Of a stretch of DNA of 56,323 nt, positions 1-9,516 are shown in pieces. Made by a program: the position numbers and the translations under genes. The stretch lies in the sequence record SRR31156797_94; one strand, 5' to 3'. Below the pieces are notes generated by a model. The model did no database searches and was not told the DNA's origin. It saw only the letters and a list, made by a program, of their open reading frames with translations. Position 1 is the stretch's first letter. Each line of letters opens with the position of its first letter.

Positions 1-918
1 ATTAGGATCCATATTGGCATGAATCTTAAAAATGAAGCCAGTAAATTTATTTTCGTCAGGTTTTATAACACGTTCAACAGTAGTTGAAGGTTGTGGGTTA
101 GGCGCGATTTGAATAAAGCAGTTTAGTAATTCATTAACTCCAAAGTTATTTAATGCACTACCAAAAAATACAGGAGCTAATTCTCCTTTTAAATAATCTT
201 CAATTTCAAATTCAGGATATACACCCTCAACCAACTCAAGCTCTTCGCGGAGTACATCAGCAGGTTGGTCTCCAATAATATTTTCTAATTCGGGATTACT
301 TATATCGTCAAAGGCAATACTCTCCTGAACTGTTTGTTTGCTGGCTTCAAAAAGATTGAGGTTTTGCTCAAAAACGTTGTAAACACCTTGAAAGGAAGGT
401 CCATTTCCAATAGGCCAACTTAAAGGTCTTACTTTAATTTTTAGTTCTTCTTCGAGTTCATCAAGAAGGTCAAATGGATCTTTACTTGGTCTATCCATTT
501 TATTCACAAAAACCATAACAGGCGTATTGCGCATTCTGCACACCTCCATCAATTTTCTAGTTTGATTTTCAACCCCTTTTGCTGCATCAACTACAATAAT
601 TACACTATCAACAGCAGTTAAAGTTCTAAAAGTATCTTCAGCAAAATCCTGGTGACCGGGTGTGTCTAAGATGTTTATCTTATGGTCTTTATATTCGAAT
701 CCCATTACGGATGTTGCCACCGAAATACCTCTTTGCTTCTCAATTTCCATGAAATCGGAAGTAGCTGTTTTTTTAATTTTATTGGATTTAACAGCACCTG
801 CTACATGAATAGCTCCTCCAAAAAGTAATAACTTTTCAGTTAATGTAGTTTTACCGGCATCAGGGTGACTAATAATGGCAAATGTTCTTCTTCGCTGAAT
901 CTCTTCTATAAAGCCCAT
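1..918 (-). CDS. prfC: Peptide chain release factor 3 (5' part; runs off the window start)
   Basis: Not in ORF track; translated by hand from ATG at 918: [44 protein letters not shown]...[19 protein letters not shown]...[14 protein letters not shown]...NKMDR, the RF3 GTPase signature. Confidence 0.97.
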   Translation of the reverse strand, partial: MGFIEEIQRRRTFAIISHPDAGKTTLTEKLLLFGGAIHVAGAVKSNKIKKTATSDFMEIEKQRGISVATSVMGFEYKDHKINILDTPGHQDFAEDTFRTLTAVDSVIIVVDAAKGVENQTRKLMEVCRMRNTPVMVFVNKMDRPSKDPFDLLDELEEELKIKVRPLSWPIGNGPSFQGVYNVFEQNLNLFEASKQTVQESIAFDDISNPELENIIGDQPADVLREELELVEGVYPEFEIEDYLKGELAPVFFGSALNNFGVNELLNCFIQIAPNPQPSTTVERVIKPDENKFTGFIFKIHANMDPN

Positions 919-942
919 ATCTCTATTTTGTAAAAACGAGCG

Positions 943-950
943 CAAATTTA
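943..950 (-). promoter_or_regulatory. Bacteroidota sigma-ABfr -7 box (TAAATTTG) for prfC
   Basis: Exact TAnnTTTG match on the minus strand 25 nt upstream of the prfC ATG. Confidence 0.6.
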
Positions 951-1119
951 AGCATTGTAAAGTGATTTATCCTTCTAATACTTTAAGTTTTTTAATTAAT
1001 TACAAAAAAGGTAGAGATAAAGGTTTTTAAAATTAAATTTTTAAGAATAATTGGAGTTTGAGTTTGAAATTGAATAAAATTAACTGATTTTTAAATCAAA
1101 TTATAAATTTTAAGATTGT

Positions 1120-1977
1120 ATGAGTTGGACTAACTATCACGGACATTGTAAATATTGTGATGGAAATGGGGAAATAGAAGATTATATACTTCAAGCTATC
1201 TCTAATAATATGCCGGTGATTGGAATATCGTCACATGCACCTGTACCTTTTGATTGTTTTTGGACAATGAAGCCGGAAAATCTGGAGGAATATATAAAGG
1301 ACATAAAGATATGTAGGAATAAATATTCAAATAAGATTGAGGTTCTTACCTCATTAGAAATTGATTATATACCAAATGTTACAGGTACAAATTCGCCACT
1401 CATTAATAAGGTTTCTCTGGATTATATAATTGGTTCTATTCATTTTGTAGATCATTTCAATGGTGGAGAGCCATGGAATATTGATGGTAATGTCCAGGAT
1501 TTTATGAGAGGTCTGGATGAAATTTTTAATGGAGATATTGTCGCGGCAGTGAAGCGTTTTTATCAGTTAAACCGAGAGATGATTTCAACACAAGATATTG
1601 ATATTATTGGGCATTTCGATAAAATTAAAATGCATAATGTTGATGAACCTCTGTTTAATGAGAATGACGCATGGTATATAGAAGAAGTGGAGAAAACACT
1701 GGATTTAATTAAGGATAAAGGTGTGATTGTAGAAATTAATACTAAATCATACGAAAAAAATGGACTGCTATTTCCTGGAGTAGAGATGTTCCCTTTATTG
1801 TTTAAGAAAGGTATTCCGGTAACTATAAATAGTGATGCACACTTTGCTAACAAACTAGAAGTCGGTTATAGTTATGTAGCTGAAAAACTATATGAAGCAG
1901 GGTATAGGACTATGAGGGAATATAAAAACGGACTTTGGCAGGATATTGAATTTAACAAGGATGGTTTAAAATGGTAA
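1120..1977 (+). CDS. PHP-family histidinol-phosphatase (HisJ/HisK type)
   Basis: NYHGH, SSHAP, GSIH, GHFD, EIN and SDAH PHP metal-binding motifs. Confidence 0.85.
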   Translation: MSWTNYHGHCKYCDGNGEIEDYILQAISNNMPVIGISSHAPVPFDCFWTMKPENLEEYIKDIKICRNKYSNKIEVLTSLEIDYIPNVTGTNSPLINKVSLDYIIGSIHFVDHFNGGEPWNIDGNVQDFMRGLDEIFNGDIVAAVKRFYQLNREMISTQDIDIIGHFDKIKMHNVDEPLFNENDAWYIEEVEKTLDLIKDKGVIVEINTKSYEKNGLLFPGVEMFPLLFKKGIPVTINSDAHFANKLEVGYSYVAEKLYEAGYRTMREYKNGLWQDIEFNKDGLKW

Positions 1978-2453
1978 CTGAAGAATTTCAATTTGAACAA
2001 GTAGACTTAAGTATTAAAAATCATAGAGAAGCATTATTGTCTTTGATGAATGATTACATGATGGATGATATGGGAATGAATGCTCCGCTTTCTATAAATT
2101 TAGGAGAAAAGATTATTAAAGGTTTGAAAGAGCAGAATAATTATCTGGGTTTTTTGCTCAAATATCAAGGAGAATATGTGTCATTAGCTAATTGTTTTAG
2201 GGCATTTTCTACCTTTAAAGTTAAACCGTTAATCAATATTCATGATTTTATTGTTACTCCTTTACATAGAAAAATAGGTGCGGGAAAAGCTATGTTAGAT
2301 GCTATTGCAATGTATGGTGAGCAAAATGGTTTTTGTAAAGTAACATTAGAAGTAAGAAACGATAACGAAAAGGCACAACGTCTATATAAAAAATGTGGAT
2401 TTGTAGATTGTGATCCACCAATGTATTTCTGGCAGAAGACTTTAAATGCTTAA
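1971..2453 (+). CDS. GNAT family N-acetyltransferase
   Basis: IHDFIVTPLHRKIGAG acetyl-CoA motif A; LEVRNDNEKAQRLYKKCGF motif B. Confidence 0.88.
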   Translation: MVTEEFQFEQVDLSIKNHREALLSLMNDYMMDDMGMNAPLSINLGEKIIKGLKEQNNYLGFLLKYQGEYVSLANCFRAFSTFKVKPLINIHDFIVTPLHRKIGAGKAMLDAIAMYGEQNGFCKVTLEVRNDNEKAQRLYKKCGFVDCDPPMYFWQKTLNA

Positions 2454-2553
2454 TACTTCTATTTTGCTTTTACTTATTTTAGGAAAATAAATATGATAAG
2501 TTTGTCTCTCAAGTTTATTTCTCCGCTATGTTAGTATAATTGATAAATACTTT

Positions 2554-2561
2554 TATTTTTG
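2554..2561 (+). promoter_or_regulatory. Candidate -7 box (TATTTTTG) for the M23 peptidase gene
   Basis: TAnnTTTG match; lies about 295 nt upstream of the ATG, in AT-rich DNA where chance matches are possible. Confidence 0.35.
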
Positions 2562-2855
2562 TGGTCAACAATTAAAATAATGTGATTATTAGTTCTGCTA
2601 GATCACATGTTTTTTTATTTAATTCTGTTTGGGAACAGTCGCTTTTGTATTGATAATGAGTTAGTGAAGTTGTTTTTGTGGACTGTCTTGTAACAATTTA
2701 TGTTATGTGCCGTAATAGAATTAAGCTTTATACAAAGGTATTCAGTAAATTATTATTTAAAGGAAATTCATTTTGTTAGATTGAAAGATTCTTAGTTATA
2801 ATAATATGCTGTTGAAAAATACTTAAATAGGACTAGAATTATAATTAAATATACC

Positions 2856-3833
2856 ATGGCTAACAATAAATACATTTTTGATCCGGAATCGTTAACTTAT
2901 ATACCAGTTGAGGTTTCATTTAAGGACAGAGCCAAAAAATTATTGCCATATATCGGAACTGGCGCATTATTAGGTGCAGCAGTTTATGTTTTTATAGCAT
3001 TTAGTAATGTATATGCTACTCCCAGAGAGAAAATACAAGCAGAAAAATTAAGGGTGATGGAAAAAAATCATGTAATCCTTAATAATAAAATTATAGATGC
3101 GAATAATACTTTACAATCACTTGTGGAGTTAGACGATAGTCTATATAGAGTTATGCTTGGAGAAGAGGCTTTGGCTCCATCATTAAGGCAAGCCGGTACC
3201 GGAGGTAGCGATAAGTATAGTGAGCTTATAAAAATGCATACACCTGAAGATATCATAAACTCATATAAACAACTTGATGCCTTGGTTGCTAAAATGAATG
3301 TGCAGCAGGGATCTTATAAGGAGTTATTTAAAAAGACAATTGCAAATCAAGATCGTTTACAACATTTACCGGCCATTATTCCTATTGCTAATTGGGATTT
3401 AACCAGAATAGGTTCAGGTTTTTCTCCACGCAGATTTCACCCAATATTGAAAAGATGGAGACAACATGAAGGTATCGATTTTATTGCACCCAAAGGTACA
3501 GAAGTATATGCATCAGCAGATGGACAGGTGGTAAGTGTTCGTAGGTCTGATAGCTTTGGTCAAGTTGTTGAGATTGATCATGGGCATGGAATTACGACTT
3601 TATATGCACATTTGAGTAAGTTTAAGACAAAAAGAGGAGCAAAGGTAAAGCGAGGAGAATTAATAGGGCTGGTTGGTAACACAGGTTTATCGGCAGGACC
3701 ACATCTTCATTATGAGGTTCATTTAAATAATAAGGAAGTAGATCCGGTTAATTACTTCTTTAATGATTTAACTGCTGAGGAATATAAAGCAGTTGTTGCC
3801 AGAGCGGAAAGTATTACTGAATGTATGGAGTAG
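2856..3833 (+). CDS. M23 family metallopeptidase (peptidoglycan DD-endopeptidase type) with N-terminal TM and coiled coil
   Basis: HEGIDF (HxxxD), YAHL and GPHLHYEV (HxH) motifs; typical Bacteroidota N-terminus KYIFDPESLTY. Confidence 0.92.
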   Translation: MANNKYIFDPESLTYIPVEVSFKDRAKKLLPYIGTGALLGAAVYVFIAFSNVYATPREKIQAEKLRVMEKNHVILNNKIIDANNTLQSLVELDDSLYRVMLGEEALAPSLRQAGTGGSDKYSELIKMHTPEDIINSYKQLDALVAKMNVQQGSYKELFKKTIANQDRLQHLPAIIPIANWDLTRIGSGFSPRRFHPILKRWRQHEGIDFIAPKGTEVYASADGQVVSVRRSDSFGQVVEIDHGHGITTLYAHLSKFKTKRGAKVKRGELIGLVGNTGLSAGPHLHYEVHLNNKEVDPVNYFFNDLTAEEYKAVVARAESITECME

Positions 3834-3859
3834 AACATTCCTAGATTTTAAATATATTT

Positions 3860-3888
3860 AAGGAATCCTGTATTAGGGTTCCTTTTTT
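3860..3888 (+). terminator. Intrinsic terminator after M23 gene
   Basis: AAGGAATCCT-gtatt-AGGGTTCCTT hairpin followed by T tract. Confidence 0.75.
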
Positions 3889-3906
3889 ATTTAAATGCTT
3901 TGAAAT

Positions 3907-4344
3907 ATGAATAATCAAGAGTTTGCATTGGAAAAGTTTCACAATGGTTGTAATTGTGCTCAGGCTAGTTTAATTGCTCTAGCGCCAAATTTTATAGATG
4001 AATCTACATTGCAGCTAATAGCTTCTCCATTTGGAGGAGGAATGGCTCAGCAGGGAAATACTTGTGGTGCAGTAACGGGTGCACTTATGGCACTTGGAAT
4101 ACAGCAAGGCTACAATCAGGATTTACCGGAAAAGAAGCAAGAGCTTTATGAAAAAGCTAACAGGTTTTTATCTGTGTTTAAAGAAAAGCATGGCACAACC
4201 ATTTGCAAAGAATTAATTGGAATTGATATTTCAGATCCAAATGAAAAACAAGAAGCAGCAGAAAGTGGCATATTTGAAACTAAATGTCCAGCATTTGTGA
4301 GTTCTTCGGTGCAACTGATGAACGAGATCTTAAAATTAGATTAA
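3907..4344 (+). CDS. C_GCAxxG_C_C family putative redox-active protein
   Basis: NCAQA, FGGGM, TCGAVTGA, ICKEL and terminal C motif pattern. Confidence 0.88.
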   Translation: MNNQEFALEKFHNGCNCAQASLIALAPNFIDESTLQLIASPFGGGMAQQGNTCGAVTGALMALGIQQGYNQDLPEKKQELYEKANRFLSVFKEKHGTTICKELIGIDISDPNEKQEAAESGIFETKCPAFVSSSVQLMNEILKLD

Positions 4345-4411
4345 AGTGGAAAAAATTAAACTTTATGTTTTTGCAGATGTTAATTAACTACTAATCTTAA
4401 AAAAATAAAAT

Positions 4412-4963
4412 ATGCTTGCTTTAAAAAGAATCACCCTTTATTTCCTTTTTTGTATTGTTGGATTGTCTGTTTATGCACAGTCTTCTTTTTATGATTTTAG
4501 AGTGAAAACAATTGAGGGAAAAGATTTTTCTTTTGAAAAGTTAAAGGGAAAAAAAGTAATGATTGTCAATACTGCTTCCAAATGTGGATTAACAAAACAA
4601 TACGAAAAGTTGGAGGAAGTTTATAAGAAATATGGAAATGACAATTTTATAATTATTGGATTTCCAGCGAATAACTTCTTAAAACAGGAACCAGGGACTA
4701 ATGCTGAGATATTGGAATTTTGCACTTTAAATTATGGCGTAACTTTTCCTATGATGGCAAAGATTTCAGTTAAAGGAGAGGATCAGGCTCCTGTTTATCA
4801 ATGGTTAACTCAGAAAGAGAAAAATGGTTTTGAGGATAGTTCTGTAAAATGGAATTTTCAAAAGTATTTAATTGATGAAAACGGGAAACTCGTTAAGGTA
4901 ATTTCGCCCCAAACAAGTCCCGATAGCGAAGAGATAATTAAATGGATAGAAGGAAAAAATTAA
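4412..4963 (+). CDS. Cys-type glutathione peroxidase with signal peptide
   Basis: VNTASKCGLT, GFPANNFLKQEPG, KWNFQKYLID motifs; hydrophobic N-terminus ending VYAQ. Confidence 0.93.
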   Translation: MLALKRITLYFLFCIVGLSVYAQSSFYDFRVKTIEGKDFSFEKLKGKKVMIVNTASKCGLTKQYEKLEEVYKKYGNDNFIIIGFPANNFLKQEPGTNAEILEFCTLNYGVTFPMMAKISVKGEDQAPVYQWLTQKEKNGFEDSSVKWNFQKYLIDENGKLVKVISPQTSPDSEEIIKWIEGKN

Positions 4964-4984
4964 AAACTTATATAATTCGGATTT

Positions 4985-5015
4985 AAAGCTGTTTCATTTT
5001 GATTCAGCTTTTTTT
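4985..5015 (+). terminator. Intrinsic terminator after gpx
   Basis: AAAGCTG...CAGCTTT stem followed by T run. Confidence 0.6.
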
Positions 5016-5057
5016 GTTTAATTATTCTTTGCAAATTCGGAGCTCAAAAAATATAAT

Positions 5058-6092
5058 ATGTCAAAATTAAGAGGTTTTGCGAGTGATAATAATTCGGGAG
5101 TACATCCTAAGATATTTCGTGCTTTAGAAAATGCAAATGTGGGACATGCAGTAGGCTATGGAGACGATGATATTACGCAAAAAACTATTCAGCTCTTTAA
5201 AGAAGAGTTTGGGAATGGTACTGATGTATATTTTTCATACAATGGAACAGGTGCAAATGTTATTGCGATACAAGCGCTGGCTAGGTCATATCATGCTGTA
5301 ATTTGTCCAGAAACAGCCCATATAAATGTCGATGAATGTGGAGCACCTGAAAAACATGCTGGTTGTAAAATACTATCCGTAAAAACGAAGGATGGAAAAT
5401 TAACAGTTAATGATATTAAGCAGCATATGCATGGGATAGGATTTCAACATCACTCGCAACCCATATTAATAAGTATTACACAGGCAACAGAATTAGGAAC
5501 GATTTATTCTACAGAAGAAATCAAAGACATTTCGGATTTTGCTCATGCGAATAATATGTATCTCCATATGGATGGAGCGCGAATAGCAAATGCAGCAGCT
5601 GCTTTAGGATGTTCATTAAAGGATATTACTGTTAATGTTGGCGTTGATGTTTTAAGTTTTGGAGGGACTAAAAATGGATTGATGTTTGGCGAGGCTGTAT
5701 TATTTTTTAATCAGGAAACCAAAGGAGTTAAATATATTAGAAAGCAAAGTGCTCAGTTGCATTCTAAAATGCGATTTATTGCAGCACAATTTGAAGAGTT
5801 ATTAAAAAATAATTTATGGAGAGAAAATGCTATTCATGCCAATAAAATGGCCAAATTGTTAGCAAACAAACTGGAAGAAATAACAGAGGTGAAAATTACC
5901 CAGAAAGTGGAAAGTAATGGTGTGTTTGCAATCGTTCCTCGCTCAATAATAGAACCTTTACAAAAGGAGTTTTTCTTTTATGTTTGGAATGAAGAGCGAA
6001 ACGAGGTTAGATGGATGACTTCATTTGATACCCAGGTAACGGACATTGATGAATTTGTGGAGTTGATAAAAGAAAAAATAGAATCGATTTAA
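5058..6092 (+). CDS. Low-specificity L-threonine aldolase (PLP-dependent)
   Basis: FASDN, GYGDD, NGTGAN, HINVDECGA, HMDGAR, SFGGTKNG (PLP lysine). Confidence 0.9.
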   Translation: MSKLRGFASDNNSGVHPKIFRALENANVGHAVGYGDDDITQKTIQLFKEEFGNGTDVYFSYNGTGANVIAIQALARSYHAVICPETAHINVDECGAPEKHAGCKILSVKTKDGKLTVNDIKQHMHGIGFQHHSQPILISITQATELGTIYSTEEIKDISDFAHANNMYLHMDGARIANAAAALGCSLKDITVNVGVDVLSFGGTKNGLMFGEAVLFFNQETKGVKYIRKQSAQLHSKMRFIAAQFEELLKNNLWRENAIHANKMAKLLANKLEEITEVKITQKVESNGVFAIVPRSIIEPLQKEFFFYVWNEERNEVRWMTSFDTQVTDIDEFVELIKEKIESI

Positions 6093-6106
6093 ACATAAAG
6101 AGATAT

Positions 6107-6517
6107 ATGATGGCAGAATACGATTATGAATTAAAATTTAAGGTAAGAGATTATGAATGTGATTTGCAAGGAGTCGTAAATAACTCAGTATATCAAAATT
6201 ATTTAGAACATACCCGTCATGAGTTTCTTGAAGAAATAGGTTTAAATTTTAAGGAATTATTTGATAAAGGAGTAATGGCTGTAGTTGCCAGAGCTGATTT
6301 GGCTTATAAAACGCCGCTTAAAAGTGGAGATGAATTTGTAGTTCGTCTTCGATGCGAGCATCAGGGAATCAAGTATGTTTTTTATCAGGATATATTTAGA
6401 TTGTCCGATGAAAAAATTTGCTTAAAAGGAGTCATTACAACAACGACCTTAATAAATGGAAAACTTGCTATATCCGAAGATATAGTAAATGCACTTAACG
6501 CTGCCAAAAAGAATTAA
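6107..6517 (+). CDS. Acyl-CoA thioesterase (YbgC/4HBT hot-dog family)
   Basis: VRDYECDLQGVVNNSVYQNYLEHTR motif. Confidence 0.9.
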   Translation: MMAEYDYELKFKVRDYECDLQGVVNNSVYQNYLEHTRHEFLEEIGLNFKELFDKGVMAVVARADLAYKTPLKSGDEFVVRLRCEHQGIKYVFYQDIFRLSDEKICLKGVITTTTLINGKLAISEDIVNALNAAKKN

Positions 6518-6526
6518 AAGATTGAT

Positions 6527-6552
6527 CAAAACGGGTTTCAATACCCGTTTTG
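6527..6552. terminator. Probable bidirectional terminator between convergent thioesterase and ndk
   Basis: Perfect 10-bp stem CAAAACGGGT / ACCCGTTTTG. Confidence 0.75.
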
Positions 6553-6567
6553 TTTATTAGTTATAAA

Positions 6568-6987
6568 CTAGAGACGTTCTCTTTTACTAAAGAAAAAGTC
6601 ACATTCTCTGTCTGCACTTTCGTCACTATCAGAACCATGAATGGCATTGTGGGTTTTGTCGGTTGCAAACATTTTTCTAATTGTTCCATCCATAGCATCG
6701 TTAGGGTCGGTTGCGCCTATTAACGAGCGAAAATCATCTACTGCATTTTCCTTTTCGAGTATTGCTGCAGTAATGGGGCCAGACGACATAAAGTCGGTTA
6801 GGTCATTATAAAAAGGTTTTCCTTTGTGTTCTGCATAAAAAGCTTCAGCCTCGTGTTTATCTAGTTTTAGCGTTTTTATTGCTGCAAAGCGATATCCTGA
6901 TTCTTCAATTTTATGCAAAATAGCACCTAATTTTCCATCTCTTACTGCAAAAGGTTTAATAATAGTTAAGGTTTTGTTTCCTGCCAT
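6568..6987 (-). CDS. ndk: Nucleoside diphosphate kinase
   Basis: TLTIIKP, FYAEHKGKPF, MSSGP, GTIR, NAIHGSDS catalytic His motif. Confidence 0.97.
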   Translation of the reverse strand: MAGNKTLTIIKPFAVRDGKLGAILHKIEESGYRFAAIKTLKLDKHEAEAFYAEHKGKPFYNDLTDFMSSGPITAAILEKENAVDDFRSLIGATDPNDAMDGTIRKMFATDKTHNAIHGSDSDESADRECDFFFSKRERL

Positions 6988-7132
6988 AGTTATCTGATTT
7001 AAATGAGTTTTCTTCCTTAATAAACATCAGGTCTTATAAATTAGTTTAAAAAGGTAGGAGTAGTTTCGTTATCCTTATTTAATGAGCTTGAAAAGTCTCT
7101 AATTTTAATATTAGGAATATTTTCGTTGAAGT

Positions 7133-7165
7133 CAAAATTAGGTTCTCTTTAATTCTTTATCTTTG
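7133..7165. promoter_or_regulatory. Back-to-back divergent -7 boxes for ndk (7133-7140, minus, TAATTTTG) and nrnA (7158-7165, plus, TATCTTTG)
   Basis: Two exact TAnnTTTG matches pointing toward the two divergent genes. Confidence 0.55.
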
Positions 7166-7183
7166 CTATCTTAATATTGCATT

Positions 7184-8209
7184 ATGATTGATAAAAACAC
7201 TTCGGATATATTAAAACAAAAAATACAACAAACAGATAAAGTGGTTATTATACCACACATTAACCCTGATGGGGATGCGATGGGATCTTCTTTGGGATTA
7301 TATCATGTATTAAAGAAATTAAACAAAATAGTTAAAGTAGTAACTCCTTCTGCATTTCCTAAATTTTTATCATGGATGTCTGGAGCTGAGGATACCATAG
7401 ATTTTAGTAAGGATGAATCATTAGCTAAGAATACCATTAAAGAAGCAGGTCTGCTTATTTTTGTTGATTTTAATTGTTCAAAGCGTGTTGGTGATTTAGA
7501 AAGTGTGATACTGGAAGCTAAAGCAGAAAAAGTGATGATTGACCATCATCCATTTCCGGATAATATTGTAGATGTGATGATATCTGTGCCTGCAGCTTCA
7601 TCAACATGCGAATTAGCCTATAATGTTTTACTTCACCTTAACTGGAACTCATATGTGGATGAAAAAGCAGCAGAATGCTTTTATACAGGAATAATGACTG
7701 ATACAGGTTCCTTAAGCTATAACTCATCAAATCCGGATACTTATCGTATGGTTGCAGGCTTATTGGAGAAGAGTATTGATAAAGATAGAATACATCAATT
7801 GGTATTTCATAGTAATTCGTTTCACCGAATGAAGTTGTTAGGGCATGTATTAGGTAAAAAAATGTTTTTATTACCAGAATATGAAGCAGCCTTTATGTGG
7901 TTGGATAAAGAAGAGTTAAAAGAGCATTGTTTTCAACCAGGAGATACAGAGGGGTTTGTAAATTATCCTTTAAGTATAGAGGGGATAAATATTTCAGCTT
8001 TTTTTATGGAAAAAGATGATAAAGTTAAATGTTCATTCAGATCGAGAGGCGATTTTCCGGTTAATCTATTTTCTGAATTAAACTTTTCAGGAGGAGGTCA
8101 TCGAAATGCTGCGGGTGGTGAATCTTTTGTGAGCTTGCAGGAAACCTTAGATAAATTTGAAAGTGAATTCCCTAAATTTTATGACAAGTATAAAAACAAT
8201 GAATTATAA
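7184..8209 (+). CDS. nrnA: DHH/DHHA1 bifunctional oligoribonuclease/PAP phosphatase
   Basis: HINPDGDAMGS, IDHH, TDTG, SFRS, GGGHRNAAG motifs. Confidence 0.9.
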   Translation: MIDKNTSDILKQKIQQTDKVVIIPHINPDGDAMGSSLGLYHVLKKLNKIVKVVTPSAFPKFLSWMSGAEDTIDFSKDESLAKNTIKEAGLLIFVDFNCSKRVGDLESVILEAKAEKVMIDHHPFPDNIVDVMISVPAASSTCELAYNVLLHLNWNSYVDEKAAECFYTGIMTDTGSLSYNSSNPDTYRMVAGLLEKSIDKDRIHQLVFHSNSFHRMKLLGHVLGKKMFLLPEYEAAFMWLDKEELKEHCFQPGDTEGFVNYPLSIEGINISAFFMEKDDKVKCSFRSRGDFPVNLFSELNFSGGGHRNAAGGESFVSLQETLDKFESEFPKFYDKYKNNEL

Positions 8210-8735
8210 AAATAAAGCACTCTATCTTGCAGTGTTATTGTTTGTATTTATCGTATCATGTAAAGTACAAAGTAACGAAAAAGCAGATAAACGAAAAGTA
8301 ACAAAAGAAGAACTGATATCGGTTAATCGATATATGGTTGAACAGGATGCTTCAGTTATTAAAGATTATGTGGAGCGTAATGAGATGAACATGATTGAAA
8401 CAGAAACCGGTTTGTGGTATCAGATCAACCAAATCGGAGACGGAGATCAAGTTGAAAAAGGAGATGTAGTCAAAATAGCGTTTCATGTATCTTTATTAGA
8501 TGGTACGTATTGTTATTCATCTGATTCGTTAGGATATAAATCATTTAAAGTAGGCCAGGGTGGAGTAGAATCAGGTTTAGAGGAAGGTATTTTGTTTTTA
8601 AATGAAGGCGCTAAAGCCACTTTTATTATGCCGCCACATAGGGCTCATGGTTTGGTAGGTGACGATAATAAAGTTCCGGGAAGATCAACATTATTGTACA
8701 AGGTTGAAGTTGTAGGTCTTAAAAAGGACAAATAA
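8199..8735 (+). CDS. FKBP-type peptidyl-prolyl isomerase lipoprotein, GldI-like
   Basis: Start taken at ATG 8199 (MNYKNK...LFVFIVSC lipobox); ETGLWY, LLDGT, GQGGVESGLEEG, PPHRAHG FKBP motifs; directly after nrnA, as I recall for gldI in Flavobacteria. Confidence 0.8.
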   Translation: MNYKNKALYLAVLLFVFIVSCKVQSNEKADKRKVTKEELISVNRYMVEQDASVIKDYVERNEMNMIETETGLWYQINQIGDGDQVEKGDVVKIAFHVSLLDGTYCYSSDSLGYKSFKVGQGGVESGLEEGILFLNEGAKATFIMPPHRAHGLVGDDNKVPGRSTLLYKVEVVGLKKDK

Positions 8736-8813
8736 ATGACTTGTGTGTTTGAATGAAAATAATAAAACATTTACTTTGTGCCTTATTATTATAAAGAGAA
8801 GAATTATAAAGAA

Positions 8814-9377
8814 ATGACGAAAATATTAATTAAATCCATAGCCCTTATAAGTTTAATAGTGGCTGTAAGTTGTAAAACTGAAAAAATTCAAACCTCACGC
8901 CAGTTATTAGCACAGGAGCAAGAACTATTAGAGGAGTTTTTGGATATGATACCATCTGAAGATAATCCAGATAATTTAAATTATAAAGATTATTGGACTT
9001 CATTGGCTGTGGATACGATCGATAAATCCCTTGAAACCGGATTAATATATTATGAGTTAGAAACAGGAGAAGGTGATAAAGTAACTTCAGGTAAAGAAGT
9101 TGGTGTACGGTATGATTATTATAAAATTATTAGAAATGATTCAACAAACATTCCAGAATTAGATACTCTAAATTCGATTTATTCTAATAGATATCCTGAT
9201 CCTTTGTTGATAGAAATGCCACAAGCATTAGCAACCTCAACAGACGGATTAGTTTTGTCGTTAATTTATATGCGTAAAGGAGGGAGATCAAGAGTTATTT
9301 TACCTTCGACGCTTGCTGGAATGGGTGATTATAAAACTTATGTGTATGATTTAGAAGTAACTTATTTAAGTAAGTAA
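8814..9377 (+). CDS. Divergent FKBP-like lipoprotein
   Basis: Start taken at ATG 8814 (MTKILIKSIALISLIVAVSC lipobox); ETGLIYYELETGEG and MRKGGRSRVILPSTLA FKBP-like segments. Confidence 0.7.
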   Translation: MTKILIKSIALISLIVAVSCKTEKIQTSRQLLAQEQELLEEFLDMIPSEDNPDNLNYKDYWTSLAVDTIDKSLETGLIYYELETGEGDKVTSGKEVGVRYDYYKIIRNDSTNIPELDTLNSIYSNRYPDPLLIEMPQALATSTDGLVLSLIYMRKGGRSRVILPSTLAGMGDYKTYVYDLEVTYLSK

Positions 9378-9398
9378 TAATAAGAGTTCATAATATTT

Positions 9399-9433
9399 AA
9401 AACCATCGTCTTGTATAGGATGATGGTTTTTTT
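9399..9433 (+). terminator. Intrinsic terminator after nrnA-FKBP operon
   Basis: AAAACCATCGTC...GATGATGGTTTT stem plus T tract. Confidence 0.75.
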
Positions 9434-9516
9434 ATGTAAATTATAAATAGCTTATTTGTATAATATTTTATGTTTTATATATTTGACTAAACAAAAATAC
9501 CTGGAGCTATTAATTT

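Noticed and set aside
4412..4963. Possible selenocysteine glutathione peroxidase
   Set aside because: Active-site codon is TGT (Cys) in ASKCG; no in-frame TGA
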